Notes under the pieces: generated by a model | What the model was told of the DNA's origin: nothing | Seen by the model: the letters and a program-made list of their open reading frames with translations, nothing else | Databases searched by the model: none | Translations under genes and position numbers: made by a program | Assembly: GCF_964355755.1 (NCBI RefSeq) | Contig: NC_092672.1 | Coordinates: 38,198,437-38,262,436, forward strand | Source: Antedon mediterranea | Lineage: Eukaryota; Animalia; Echinodermata | DNA: 64,000 nucleotides | Direction of reading: 5' to 3' | Part shown: positions 13,901 to 26,945 of the stretch, piece by piece | Layout of the letters: every line of letters starts with the position of its first letter | How positions within the stretch are numbered: the first letter of the stretch is position 1

Positions 13901-16900
13901 GGTTCAAGCTCGTTGGCCAGTTTGACTAACTTAGCAGCAACGTTTGCCAGTGCAGCAGGCCTGGTTGTCATGCCCAATATCAACGCTTCGTGCGGCTACA
14001 CAAAACCAATATTTATTGGTTTGATATTTCAAGGTCTGAACTACTTCGGCTACGCAGTTATGCAAAATCCGTGGTGGGCAATCCTTCCAAATATAATCAA
14101 AGGTTGGTAAATAATTCTTTTTTTTTTATACACAACTATGCTAACAGAAAGGATTGAAAATAGTATTGTAATAGATCGTAACAAAAAAAACTGCGTTCTA
14201 ACCAAAAAAACCTACCGCAACATATAGCCTAGTCTGGGTTCCAGACGGAATTTTGACTTAATATTAGTAAAAAGATAAAATATTTTGGCATATATCAGCT
14301 TGTATTTTAAGACAAAAATCGAAATAAAAAAAATAAATAAAAAAGACAATAAATACATACTTGGGGCAAAGTCTACATATAGCCATTCAAACGTCCGAAT
14401 TAATATATGTTCGTGCAATATGAAATCATATATTATTCAAACTAATCAACAGTACGCACCACTGACTTCTTAGGTACATTGAACAGTTTCAAAATTATGA
14501 GATTTCCAGTGGGTGCCAGTATAGAGGGCGCACCAAAATAATTTATTTTAGCCATAAAAGCAATTTTACATTTTCTATCATGAATGAGATTTCGGTATAA
14601 CCCTATCCTAATTTGTTTTCGCCTTACCGAGTGTAGAATGTGCCGACAGCGCAATCTCTTACGACGACTATAGAATTGTTAATATCAAAGAATTACCGTT
14701 GATGGAAAGTAGAGTTCATTAAACCAAAAATATATCATACACTAAGTAACATTAATGAGCCATTTATCTATAAATAGAAAGGTAGATACATTGTTTCACG
14801 TTGCTTAGTAACTAAACCTATGAAAAATATTCGTGTAACACGCGAGGACTATATATATTTATGTTGTATTATAAATAACGACACGCCCTGAGATACCGTC
14901 ACACACAATGTTGTGTTTGGCATAGCATATGTGTCTTTAATCACTATATTATCTTCGCGTTTTATTCGTGTAATACGCGAGGACTATATAGTTATGTTGT
15001 ATTATAAACGAAACGCACATGCCAAGAGATACCGTACACACACAATCTCGTCTTTTATCGATACCGTACACGCATTTTGTTCGTGAGAAAAATGACTTAT
15101 TTTGTTGAAAAGAAAACGGACACCTTCCACTGAAAACCCCACACCAAAGATGCACACATAATACACACGTACATCAAAATCATGTTTAATAATAATAGTC
15201 AATGACTCAATATAGAGTAAATAACCCGACACGCTCGCTATGAAATCCATCTAATATTCGTTAATAGAACATCTATTCGGTCTCTACCCTTCTCATTACA
15301 AACACTCGACAAATTTGACGTATTTATTAGATGTCACCATAGCGAATGAAACATGTGTTATTGTTGGTTATTAGGGCGTATTAATTGGCTGGTATGTTTT
15401 ATACAGACCTCTTGGGCATCAGTCTTAGATGTCAATGTTCGTCTTAATCCCCAGACGAATGAAAAGTCCATCCTGTTATAGGAGAAATCGAATTAACTAT
15501 CAATCAATTTATACTTCCTGTGGTCCTTAGCGATTGGCTTGCTAAAATGTCAATATTTATTTGTATTATTTTGAATCCGGTAAAATAACCAGTTTAACGC
15601 TTTATCATTGTAATTAATTACTTATTGATGCTCTAAAAATTATTCTACCAAATTAATTTCCCATAATTCTCGAGTTTCATTTTGGGAATCTTATACTTGA
15701 TTTTTTGGATTCCAAACAAATAACGTTTTATTGTTTCTTGTTCCCCATCGTCCCTCTTCTTCCCCTTCTCCCTCTTCTCTCGTTCCCCATCCTCCCTCTT
15801 TATCCATTTCTGCCTCTACTTTCGTTCTCCATCCACCCACTTCATCCCTTTCTTTATCTTGGCCTTCTCGTCATGCGGCCAACCACGTCCTCCTCTGGAG
15901 CCTGAGAAATATTTTATTTCTTTCCTAGAAGCATTGCCTAGGACATTTATTATACAAAGGCCATTGCCCGAATACATCAATTATATATAACAATAAAATA
16001 AACTTATGCGTGCGTTAAATAATGCTTTCTCTTTTTATAAGAAAAGTAAATAAACTTAGCAAGGTTAGAATATATATTTTACTTTATATCTATTTCCTTA
16101 TAATATTTTACTTGACATTTACAAAATAATTTTTCAACAGTAGGGAATTTAAAGTAAAAAGATGGAAATAATTGTTTTCTTAAATTATTATATAAGGGAC
16201 ATTGAGATAAGAAAAATCACTCCTGGCAATATATAAGTTTTATGTAGTATCTCAAATATTACATTAAGCTGTAAAATCCGACTCTCAACTAGTATTCTAT
16301 TAAAATACGTACAAATGCCACCTCAGTACAATTACATTTTCCACATCGAGAAAGGCTATTTTTATATTGTTTGGATTTTTTTTCTGAAATTACAAATTTA
16401 CTTTAAGTTGTCGTGCTTGTAATGCAATAAATTAAATATCAATATCAAGAAATTAACTTTTTGTAGCGTTATACCAGCAGCACGAGCACGCTTATCAAAT
16501 GTTAATGATACCTACACAATTGAAATATTGATTATTGGTTTAGCAATGTTGAAAGTATCGATCCTAATAGTTATATTTCCAATACGTGTTGTAAATTATA
16601 GTGTATTTGTTATTACCAATGCATCCATTGGTTCTTGAGTTGTGATGTAATGAAGAAAAACCATTTGAGGTATTTTTGCTATTTAAAATAACCCAAAGCG
16701 TGACTTGTACTTTCTCATTCTGTAGATTATCATTTAACTCGCCTTTGAAAAGAACGTTGACATTATAAAAACGTCCGGTTAAAATATATAATATCACCGA
16801 CTGAGCCATCAAATATTAAACATTATACTTGTAAGATATCACATTCGTCCTCAGGTAGTATAGCGTCACTCATTATCCTACATGGTTACATCAACCTGTT

Positions 16901-19900
16901 TTAGTACCTTAGCATTCATTCCCAATAGACGCGCGACGCAGGTAAATTTGACCAATCACGATGAGCTAGATCATCCGAACCGTTCCTTGTGATTGGTGGT
17001 AAACTCAATTGCGTTGTACATGCGCATTTAGAAATAGACATGTTGCTTTCAGGAAGGGACCAATTTTTATGACTTCATTTCATATAATATTATCAATCTC
17101 ACCACACAGGTACACAAACATTAATGATGTATGGACAAAATTCTGATACAAATATTTACATTTATATACGTGCTCGTAAAATTTTCTTTATGCAGGCGGA
17201 TATAAGATTTGACTATCGATTCGTTATTAGTGTGCATACACCGCGTAAACTTTTGTGTGACACGCGCCTTTTTGTACGTATGCGCCAATTCTTGATGACG
17301 ATGTACACGCGTTGTATAATCTTAACCACTACATATCATTACCCATCATTTTGAATACTTGACATCATTTTACTGTTATATTTGGTTGCTCTCATTAACT
17401 GCTGCTGAGCTGTTTGAATTCTGATTTGAGCCTTAAGACCTACTTTAGATTATAATCACATCAGCGCTTTATACACATCCATCATCATATTCAAAAACGT
17501 ACAACAAATTCATATCAAGGTATACATTGGAAGTGGTATGTATGTACCTCACGCACTAATGTGTATAGCATCGTATTCGTAATGTTATTATTTTTATATA
17601 ATTTCGTTATCCGGCCGATTCTTGTGTAGAATGTTTATTTATTGAGGTAAAAATAATTAAAATTACAACAAAGTAGCCGTTTTGCTAAAAACGTTGTGTA
17701 CTCACAATATGCCATGGATAAAAATAAAAATAAATATTTATATGTTAATCCTATTAACTATTATTTACTTATTGGGGTAGAAGTAATAAAATTGCAAACA
17801 ACCTTGTGCTCACACAACAATACAATAGAAACGAATAGAAAAGGTATAAAAATTGTTAATTCTTGGTTTATCCTATTAACTATTGTAGGGATGGTGGTTT
17901 TTAAAAACTTTCGGTTCTGGGTTTTGATTGTTTGGTATTTCACCTTGCCATTGTTTCGGAGTGTATTCTACTTTGTGTCATTTTTATGTCTGTATATTTT
18001 GTTGTACTGTTTGTATCAACACTCAAATTTCATACTCAGTTGTAAACGTGATGATGAAATATATAATATACTGAATTCCGACGTGATACATTGTTCGAAC
18101 CGTAATCGCTTCCTTGTGACTGGTTAAGTTACTTGCGTTGCGTTTTTGCGATGTGTCGTTGCGTTGCGTTACTTTCTGCGACGCGTCGTTGCATTGCGTT
18201 ACGTTCTGCGACGCATCGTTGCATTGCGTTAAATTCTGCGACGCGTCGCTGCGTTGCGCTACGTTTTGCAACGCGTAGTTGCGTTGCGTTATGTTGTGCG
18301 ACGCGTCGTTGCGTTACGTTGTGCGAGGCGTCGTTGCGTTGCGTTACGTTGTGCGACGCGTCGTTGCGTTGCGTTACGTTGTGTGACGCGTCGTTACGTT
18401 ACGTTCTTGCGTCCAAGTTTTATGACCAACTCCTTAATCATCAATATCTTAGAGAAGCATAAAAAGCTGACAAATGATTTCAGCGATGACTAACACACCA
18501 ATGACAATCTTTAATTAGAATTTTATTCCATATTTGTATAACAAACAAATCAATATAAGAATATAAGTCAAGGTCAGGAATCCATTAGTTAAATGTATCT
18601 TTACTATTAATTTTAACTTAATTTAGATTAAAATTACAATACAATGGGAAATGCAATTGGTAATATTACAATGGAACCTATGCATATTATTTTAAACACC
18701 TTTTGTCTCAATACTGCATCTACATCTATTTTAATTTTCAGTCGAATCGAATCTGACTTATCAAGTAACTTTTGAAATTAGGCCTACTGATTCAAAATAA
18801 ACGTCTTTCTGTGAACGATAAATAAACGACGCTAATATGTAAATATACCTTTCCCTACAGAAACAAAAACAGGCATCACATGTGACACAATATTACGGAA
18901 CTTGGCTATATACTCTGTCATCAAATTAAAATACAGATGATGCTGATACGTATTGTTTTATTGCGACTTTGTTCTAGAAGATTCTTATCCAGATAATTCG
19001 ATATAAACATTATAAATGATTCTAAATAAAGTAAAATTGATATATATTGATGTATTTCTTTGTAGCTATGTATGTAGATTATAAGTAATCTATCATTCTG
19101 ATTTAGTAAGTTTGAGATCTCTTGCTTTAAGTCATGTTGATGATGTAATGATACATACAGTATAATTTATAACCGTACGTGTTGAATTGAAAGAATGTCG
19201 CTGCAGAAATCTTCACATTGGTGTAATGTTTGCCACAGCATATTATAATCCCACGTTAAAACTATGATTTTAATGTTAATTAATTCGAATCGAATCTATA
19301 ACAATTACATATAAGGAGAAAGAAATTATAGAGTTTTAATGCAATCTATGTCTGTTTGTTAAAATCAATTCAACTTTTCGCGGCAGCTCTCAACACACAA
19401 CAACTTAAAACTAACTGCTTGGTTTCCAAAGCAATGATGTACGCGCAATTCGCGTTTGACCAATCACAAGAGGTCATATGATGCCTCGCTTGTGATTGGA
19501 CTACCTTTTTGTGTCACGTGCGTTGTTTCCTAGCGATAAGTTGAATAGCGGGGCGCGCGCGCACACCGTGCTTAACTTACGTCATCGTCCCAAACGACAC
19601 GCAATATGTTATTTTCGACAATACGTTCCGCCTACGTACGTCTTTGTGTTGTGCGTCCTAAACTGTGAAAGCAAAGTTTAGATAATTTGTGTTGGTATAA
19701 AAAGCGGGAATTTTTAATACGCATGGAATATAAGGTGCTTAGTCGAGTTAACTTTTATCCCGTATCCCTCCCTCCTCAATCGTTAGACTTAGAAATTAAA
19801 AAATATTAATTTTTCATCATCAAACTTGCACAAGCTTCTCCCGCCAGGTGAAAGCCAAAGTTAATCAACAACTCCTTCATGAATAAAATATCAATAATAA

Positions 19901-22900
19901 TAAATTAAAGAAGACCATTATTTTCCAGTATAAATAATCAGATTATTTATTCCTTTGAATTCATAATGTTATATTCATTACGGTAACATTAATGTATTCC
20001 ACTATTATTATTAATAATATGGAACTTTTGAATTGCGACGATTAAGTGCATATCTCCCTTGGATACGACCTACGTATGTTGTAGCACTGCTGCTCCTCTC
20101 CTGAACCTTAAGCTCTGTCTACACTATCAAACGTGATGTGACAAAAAATGTGATGTGCCCATGGACATGCTAAGTGTGTAGACAGGGGGCTTAACCGATG
20201 AAATGCGGTGACATAACGAATCGGAGGATAACGAATTATAGGACATCGCAATTAGGACGAAAATACCAATCTGCAAAAATGGCGCAAATTAAGCTCAGTA
20301 TATTATTCATGCTGGCTTTGCTATCGCAGAGGATTTTTTTGTTTAATCCGGGTTCCCAGCTCCACAAGTGTTAATTCAAAGATATTTATTTAATCGTGTT
20401 TGTTTGAAAACACGATACCTAACATAAAAGCAATCATTTTAATAGTCATTTTTTCAATATCCTATTCATTTAGTGTTTACTTAGATATAGCAATATGATT
20501 TCTTTGAAATTAATTTAATATCGAATGTAACACTCTGCCAAGGACATGCAAACTTCTGATAATTGATATTGTCAACTGTCTATCTGTGGCAAATGAATAA
20601 TATACCTATTAATAATAAATATTACATTAAGTTAAGAAGATGTTTTTATCACATACTGTTTATAATGTTTAATGTGATATAATGATATTAATGTAATGGG
20701 CTTATCTGAGGGTCTCAGATGAGCAGCAATTGCTGGATGTATCACCCTCATTAAATATGGTTCAAATAAATAAATAAAATCCATCAGTGTTTCATTTTGC
20801 AAAGTGTTAGCATCAAGTCTAAATGAAGGTGTAAATTGTTACCCCGGTGAACTGGTTCACAAAATAGCACCTGTATCAGGGGGATTACCAACTATCTGAT
20901 AGGTCAGTAATAATTAACTATTGGTAATCCTTGGTCATATTGCCTAAAGACATAAAATAATTAAATAAAATAAAGGACAACCTAAAATTAATAAAGCAAC
21001 TTTTATATTTTAAACTTTTGTTTTATTTGCTATCATAATCAAGTGGTTAAAAGTTTAGTTACATATATATTACGTATATGGGACTAACTCAAACTGACCA
21101 TGAACCTATGATAATGTTACGGGTTTACAAATGCATTTTTCATAAACTTTAATAACACTTTGATTGAACATAGCCTCATAAATACTAATAAGTCAATCAA
21201 GCAAATGGAGCAAGATTTTCCACTAGGATATTAGGACTTAAATGGTTTTAATATACTTAAAATGTACATAATTTCATTTACGATAAAACTGTCACAATTT
21301 AAAGTGTCTCTCGTGTCTGATTGCGCGTGCGCATTAGCGACTTTTCGTTAGAAGAATATTTATAAATATTTTCCATTTTTATAAATAATATCAAATTTAA
21401 TAGTATGATTCGATTTTAAAATAGGACTAATTATTTGATTTTTAGATTTATTTGGTGTTACTATCTGTAGCCTACAATTTACGCGCGTACGCATTTCATT
21501 GCACGCGGGTGGAAACAAATGAATTGAATTGAATTTATCTCAATGATGTGGTCCGTATACTATGCAATAATTTCAGTTTAATTTGAGTTTCGTCTTTGAT
21601 TAATATGTATTATGTTTTAAGACCGAGTAATATTCGACGATTTTATGTTTTATAGTAAGTTTAATGCTTTTAGTTTTACTGTGAATCGGTAGGCTATACT
21701 ATAGCAAAACGTTCGCAGCAGTCTTTTCAACCCAAATTTACATAGTAGCTTAGAGAATATAAAACATGCTGTTGTCATAGTAATTGAACGCGCAATATGT
21801 ATTGATAAGTATCGATTCTCTCATTGAAACTATTCTTAACAAGTTGGTTGGAAGGGTACCCCCTAGCCACGTGTTGCCATGGCAATAAACGCGACGACGA
21901 TTAGCACGTCGTCGTCTGGTTGTCGTTACGTAAATGAATTTGAAGTTAAGAAACGTACTGTCCATGTCCTACAGGCATGTTTCAATTTCTATCAGCACTT
22001 ACACAATCTTAATAACAAAACCGACACGTTTTCGAAAGAGAGCATGCGCATTATAGAGATGTGAAGCAGGTTCCTACTTGTTTCTTGTTTTTATGCGAAT
22101 CGAAAGCTCTGTCTACACTATCAACCTAGTTTGACAAAATAGGTGTGATGTGCTCAAATATGGTAGTGATATGACATCATTATGTCTATATATGGGAACA
22201 TCACATGTTTTTATCACATAAAGTTTGATAGTGTAGAGACAGAGTTTTAAACCATACATTTTTTAAGCTGAGTCCCTCATTTACGTACATTATTTGGGAT
22301 AAAAAAGTTTCTGGTTAAGTTCATAATTCAGAGCGTTGGCATATCAGGCTGATGTTTTCGATATTTCAAAATGTGTTTTATGGTATGGGAAACAGTACGC
22401 TACAACCCGTAATTTAACGTATGGGAAACAGTATGCTAGAAACATTAACGTATGGGGATTGTGTTAACGATTTCTATGAATATCCCTTCTCATTTATGTC
22501 AATCAAATATTCAAATCCGATTATGCTTTATAAACAACATGCTGTCAATTTGAATAATAACACGCATATTGTTTTACGTAATAAATGTTAGTTTAGAAAC
22601 GTAGCCTACTTTGCGAGTATCAGCTAAAGCTTGGTTCCCACTAGAAAGAGCAACGCAAGCAAGTTGACCAATGACAGACAGTTCAAAATACTGTACTAAT
22701 CAATCGATTGTGATTGGTCAGATTAATTACGTTGTGCTTATGTCCTTGCGTTGCGTCTTAAAGCTTCGTTCCCACTGACGCATCAGAAATAAAACCACAA
22801 ATTTTGTAAGGAATAAACGCAAAGAATACACGCGAGCATGCACGCGAGTATCCACCGTATTTCTGGCAAACATTCTTCACCTGTCTGTCTGTTTTCCAGC

Positions 22901-23298
22901 CGTGTGTGGTTTTGCATATAATTGTGTTCGCTGTATAATTTCTACATTTTATACGTACGCTTACTAAATATTTACTTTATTTTTTATTTGATATTTATTA
23001 CTCTTTTACAGGTTTCTCGGCTGCTATCACATACCAGACGTTGGCGGCGTTCATGGCAGAATCGGTTCCACCAGAGTATCTATGTAGCCTACAGGCTGTT
23101 ATGTGGGCACTTTACTACGGTTTCGGAAGCGGAGTTGGTGGAATTATGGGAGGCGTAGCTTTTGAATACGTCGGCCCAGTAGCCACCTTTTGGGGGATCT
23201 CAATCGTTTCCTTTTTCTTTGCCTTTCTATTTGTGTTTATTCACTGGATGTGTTCTAAAGTAGAAACGAAAGAGGAAAAACAAAATAATAATAGTTGA
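4947..23298 (+). CDS. MFSD6-like major facilitator superfamily transporter, C-terminal half (5' exons not found, probably upstream of the window)
   Basis: Exons 4947-5103, 13899-14102 and 23012-23298 have AG/GT boundaries with matching phase 1 junctions. The joined protein ...FSFWYIEALG-GSSSLASL...NPWWAILPNIIKG-FSAAITY...VPPEYLCSLQAVMWALYYGFGSGVGGIMGG... resembles MFSD6-family TM7-12. Confidence 0.8.
5121..5257. mobile_element. Harbinger-like MITE family A copy (left end eroded)
   Basis: TCTACACTATCAAACT...GTAGACAGAGCT; same internal sequence as other family A copies. Confidence 0.7.
6198..6317. repeat. 24-bp minisatellite x5
   Basis: Unit CAAGTATAGGCCTATTGCATTGAG; accounts for the KYRPIALS repeat ORFs. 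Confidence 0.95.
6795..7001. repeat. ~36-bp minisatellite with self-complementary unit, ~5.5 copies
   Basis: Unit ACTCTGATTTGTACGCGAGTTGACGCGTGCGTACAA; contains the inverted arms TTGTACGC...GCGTACAA. Confidence 0.9.
8880..9640. repeat. Degenerate ~36-39-bp minisatellite
   Basis: Recurring CCAATCAGAATAGCTTTTACAACATAAGTTTC units; the pattern resumes after the LINE insertion at ~10534. Confidence 0.9.
9650..10520 (-). mobile_element. Tx1/L1-clade LINE, 5'-truncated, with zf-RVT domain, poly(A) and 13-bp TSD
   Basis: ORF 9987-10523 has FNFKLLHKILPT...CEYC...HMLFTC..V...W (CCHC zinc knuckle of L1/Tx1 ORF2). AATAAA and an A-tail lie at the 9650 end. Direct repeat CAATAATTATTAT at 9637-9649 and 10521-10533. 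Confidence 0.85.
10620..11138. repeat. 14-bp minisatellite, ~37 copies
   Basis: Unit TAAT(G/A)ATACTTACT. Confidence 0.95.
13130..13300 (-). mobile_element. Possible RTE-clade LINE 3' remnant
   Basis: The minus-strand peptide ...GWLENSIK...AHDRNKWQQKIV* resembles the RTE ORF C-terminal A.DR..W motif. Short and degraded. Confidence 0.35.
13451..13760. mobile_element. Degraded MITE with ~90-bp imperfect TIRs; a related half-copy lies at 3845-3960
   Basis: AAAGG...AAAGCTAAATCAAAACGATAAA on the left; TTTATCGTTTTATTTAGGTTTT...CCTTT on the right. Confidence 0.55.
18133..18412. repeat. CpG-rich (CGTTG)n-based compound repeat, ~30-bp period
   Basis: GCGACGCGTCGTTGCGTTGCGTTACGTT units. Confidence 0.9.
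20111..20191. mobile_element. Harbinger-like MITE family A, internally deleted
   Basis: AGCTCTGTCTACAC...GTGTAGACAGGGGGCT flanked by TTA/TAA. Confidence 0.75.
22105..22246. mobile_element. Harbinger-like MITE family A
   Basis: AGCTCTGTCTACACTATCAA...TTGATAGTGTAGAGACAGAGTT. Confidence 0.8.
22628..22760. mobile_element. Harbinger-like MITE family B (AGCTTGGTTCCCACT end)
   Basis: AGCTTGGTTCCCACTAG...GACCAAT...ATTGGTCA. Related copies at ~8010-8150, 24911-25070, 27228-27392 and 58559-58701. Confidence 0.65.
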
Positions 23299-23346
23299 AA
23301 GAAATGTTATTGAAATATTATACGGGACAAATAAAATGTAAAGTAA

Positions 23347-23628
23347 AGCCTGGTTTCCATAAAATCGCTACACGACAGAGCGTAGCGATTCTATGGAAAC
23401 GCTAGAATTTATCGGGGGTCTAGTACGTATGCGAGCACTAAATATTATTTGGTACGCGTATACGATTCATCGCCGACAAAATCGGCAAAGTTGAACATGG
23501 TTGAACTTTGCCGATTTGACTGCGATGAATCGGGGAGCCTTCCCGATTGCGTCGGCGACATCTGCGCGTGTAGCGATTTTAATGGAAACGCTGTAGCGAC
23601 GGTGTAGCGATTTTATGGAAACTAGGCT
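23347..23628. mobile_element. Harbinger-like MITE, 282 bp, TAA TSD, just after the MFSD6-like stop codon
   Basis: TIRs AGCCTGGTTTCCATAAAATCGCTACAC / GTGTAGCGATTTTATGGAAACTAGGCT; TAA at 23344-23346 and 23629-23631. Confidence 0.85.
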
Positions 23629-24078
23629 TAACGTATATTAATCACAATAACCAAATATAGGTTAAGGTCTATAGATTTACATGCTGAGCAAATAATTAGT
23701 AATTTAATTGAATCAAATGTATTTTATTTTTAACATACTGTGTATATATAAGTAAGAAGTTATATTCATTACGGTGGGAAATTACCTCACGATCTATGTA
23801 ATTGTGGAATATGTGCCCATCTTAATGTAATGGTGAGATATTTGCCCATCTTAATGTAATTGTGCTAGATATTAGAAAGATCCAATGGTTCACATCCATC
23901 ATGTAATAATGGTTCACATCAATCATGTCATGCCATCCATGCAAGTAAGACGATTTTCCTAGGGAGTCATTCAACCCCCTACTCTATGTCGTCGTCGTCA
24001 ATGTTCTCCATAATATTGATGTTTCCTTTATTTTATTGTAACGAGGGTAAAATATGTATTGTATCAATATCTTAGAAA

Positions 24079-24233
24079 ACATACCCTGACCATGGCACAA
24101 GATAACATACCCTGACCATGGCACAAGATAACATACCCTGACCATGGCACAAGATAACATACCCTGACCATGGCACAAGATAACATACCCTGACCATGGC
24201 ACAAGATAACATACCCTGACCATGGCACAAGAT
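24079..24233. repeat. 26-bp minisatellite x6
   Basis: Unit ACATACCCTGACCATGGCACAAGATA. Confidence 0.95.
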
Positions 24234-25390
24234 TCCAGAATTTCGCCGAATAAGAAGCACAACCGTATTACTCAATACTAGGTCAGGATCGTAGGCTGGG
24301 GCAGATGCACTCTTTTAGGCCTTTTTCAATAATAAGTGCAGTTTACGCCGTGGAGCAGCTCTATTTTTCATAATTTTCTTAACTTAGCCCCAACCATGAC
24401 CCGGTCTTATTTGTTTCATATTTCGACAAATCATGTAAAGTGCAATTTCCGGGGACTTAACAGCTCTATTTAAAAAAAAAATCTTAGCTCAGCCCCAAGG
24501 GGGATGTGAAGGAGGTTGGTCAGGGCATGGTTAGTCCAATTTTAACAATGTTCGCCTACGTTTCTGTAGGTGGATCATCCACATTGCAGCGGGTTCTAAT
24601 GTAACAACCAAAGGGGAAGCTATGTTGGAATTAAACAGTACTGTAATAGTTAGCTGTAGTATCAGGTTGTTTGTTCACTGTGGCACATTGTGAGAATTAT
24701 ATTTCAATTCAAACTCTATAGTTTGTATACGTATATCGTATGCGTTCACAACCTTAAATACAGAATCGTCACTGATTAGGGGTAGATCCAGGATTGTGAA
24801 ATACGGAGAAATCGGACGGACTTATAAAACACGTAAATGAAGTGTTGAAATTAATCTAATGTATTGGTTTCCCCCTTAGAAAGGTGGAGGTCCAGCCGCC
24901 GTATTCCTTAAGCTTGGTTCCCACTGGAGAAACAGCGTAGACATGGACGCAACGCAAGCGAATTGACCACTAGCAAGCGACTGCTGCTGTTCGTAATAAT
25001 CCATCGCTTTTGATTGGTCAAATCACTTTGTCTTGCGTTCGTGTGTTGTGTCTCTGTATATTGTGAACCAATCATTATAGCGTGTAATATTTCAGGGGAA
25101 ATGGTTATAAGAATGATTATAAATGATTTAATACTGATTATGTTCATGATGATGAAGACTGATGATTGGTTAATTGTTGACGATGGTGAACCTTTGCGTT
25201 GGATGGCGAATGGTGGAGGGGGAAGATTAGTAATCCAATATTTTCTTGTTGAAGCGCGCGTGCGTGTTAAAATGTTAATGGTGTATGAAAATATGTGTAA
25301 TTAAAAAAAAAACATTCTAGGACGACTGACGAGTTCAATGACGACAAGACGACGATAGACGAATAGTTAGCAATAATTTTGGTTATGGTG

Positions 25391-25754
25391 AGCTCTGTCT
25401 ACACTATCAAACTAGCTTGACAAAAAAAGTGTGATGTGCCCAAATATGGTAGTGTGATATGACATCATCGTGTTCATATTTGGGCACATAACATTGTTAC
25501 ATATTCGTTTAATAGTGTACATAGGATTTTAAGTATTACGTATTTATATGAATTGCCACTTATATTGGTTGTGCTGAGTAAAGGACCAATGTTTGAAATA
25601 AAATAAGGGAAAATAATAGAGAGTCTACACTATTAAACTAATTTGACAACAAAAATGTGCCCAAATATGGTAATGATATGCCGTCATCATGTCTATATAT
25701 AGGCACATCACATTTTTTTTTGTCACATAAAGTTTGATAGTGCAGACAGAGTTT
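25391..25754. mobile_element. Two adjacent Harbinger-like MITE family A copies (~25391-25530 and ~25623-25754)
   Basis: AGCTCTGTCTACACTATCAAACT and GTCTACACTATTAAACT starts, with AGTTTGATAGTG ends. Confidence 0.7.
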
Positions 25755-26106
25755 TACATTACATCTCTATAGTTACCCTTATTTTATTTTATCAGAATTT
25801 ATTCAGTGTATCGTCTGGTAATAATGTTTAAAATAATTGTAATTTATTTATAAAGAAACTATTTATTTAATTTCCACTAATTCAAGGTAAATTATTTGTT
25901 CATAGACCTAGTGATCGATGTTGTAATTTCACGTATTGTAGGTGAAGTATATAATGAAATATTAAATATAGTTTTGGATTGTGTCGGTTTTAAACACGTT
26001 TCTTTTGGAATTGAATCATTGTTGTTGTGTAATGTTGTCATCATCAAATTAATCATACAATAACAATAATTTACCTAAATATTCGTCATAATAACGTCAA
26101 TCGTGA

Positions 26107-26945
26107 TTGTTACTTAATTGCTGCCTACTCATCCTTAGGCCTACACCATCAAAACAAAGAAGAGAGAGAGGGGTAGGTGGGGGTGTGGGAAGGCCCCATA
26201 ATAACTTGAATATAGACGTGAAACAACGGTATGCTTACCAAGTAAAGTATGGCCTTAATTCTATACGAATATTTGAATTGAAAATGAACACTAGTAAAGA
26301 GAGCGAGATCCATGATAGTGTATTTGAATAAAATGTATAGATGAACTAAATGTAATCGATTAGCCATGGATCTTACTTAACCCCATAATGTTACTTAATT
26401 GCTGCCTACTCATTCTTTAGGCCTACACCATCAAAACAAAGAAGAGAGAGAGGGGTGGGTGGGGGTGTGGGAAGGCCCCATAATAACTTGAATATAGACG
26501 TGAAACAACGGTATGCTTACCAAGTAAAGTATGGCCTTAATTCTATACGAATATTTGAATTGAAAATGAACACTAGTAAAGAGAGCGAGATCCATGATAG
26601 TGTATTTGAATAAAATGTATAGATGAACTAAATGTAATCGATTAGCCATGGATCTTACTTAACCCCATAATGTTACTTAATTGCTGCCTACTCATTCTTT
26701 AGGCCTACACCATCAAAACAAAGAAGAGAGAGAGGGGTGGGTGGGGGTGTGGGAAGGCCCCATAATAACTTGAATATAGACGTGAAACAACGGTATGCTT
26801 ACCAAGTAAAGTATGGCCTTAATTCTATACGAATATTTGAATTGAAAATGAACACTAGTAAAGAGAGCGAGATCCATGATAGTGTATTTGAATAAAATGT
26901 ATAGATGAACTAAATGTAATCGATTAGCCATGGATCTTACTTAAT
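26107..26945. repeat. 282-bp tandem triplication
   Basis: Three near-identical units; the ORF track shows the same 72-aa peptide at 282-bp offsets. Confidence 0.95.

Noticed and set aside
15745-15900. Polypyrimidine tract with Pro/Leu- or Ser-rich ORFs
   Set aside because: Low-complexity intronic sequence that is not needed for the MFSD6-like reading frame.
17696-18127. 143-aa hydrophobic ORF inside the MFSD6-like intron
   Set aside because: AT-rich compositional ORF with a non-ATG start. The flanking exons already join in phase without it.
26149-26931. Three copies of a 72-aa ORF suggesting a small gene family
   Set aside because: They come from the 282-bp triplication; no recognisable domain or promoter/splice support.
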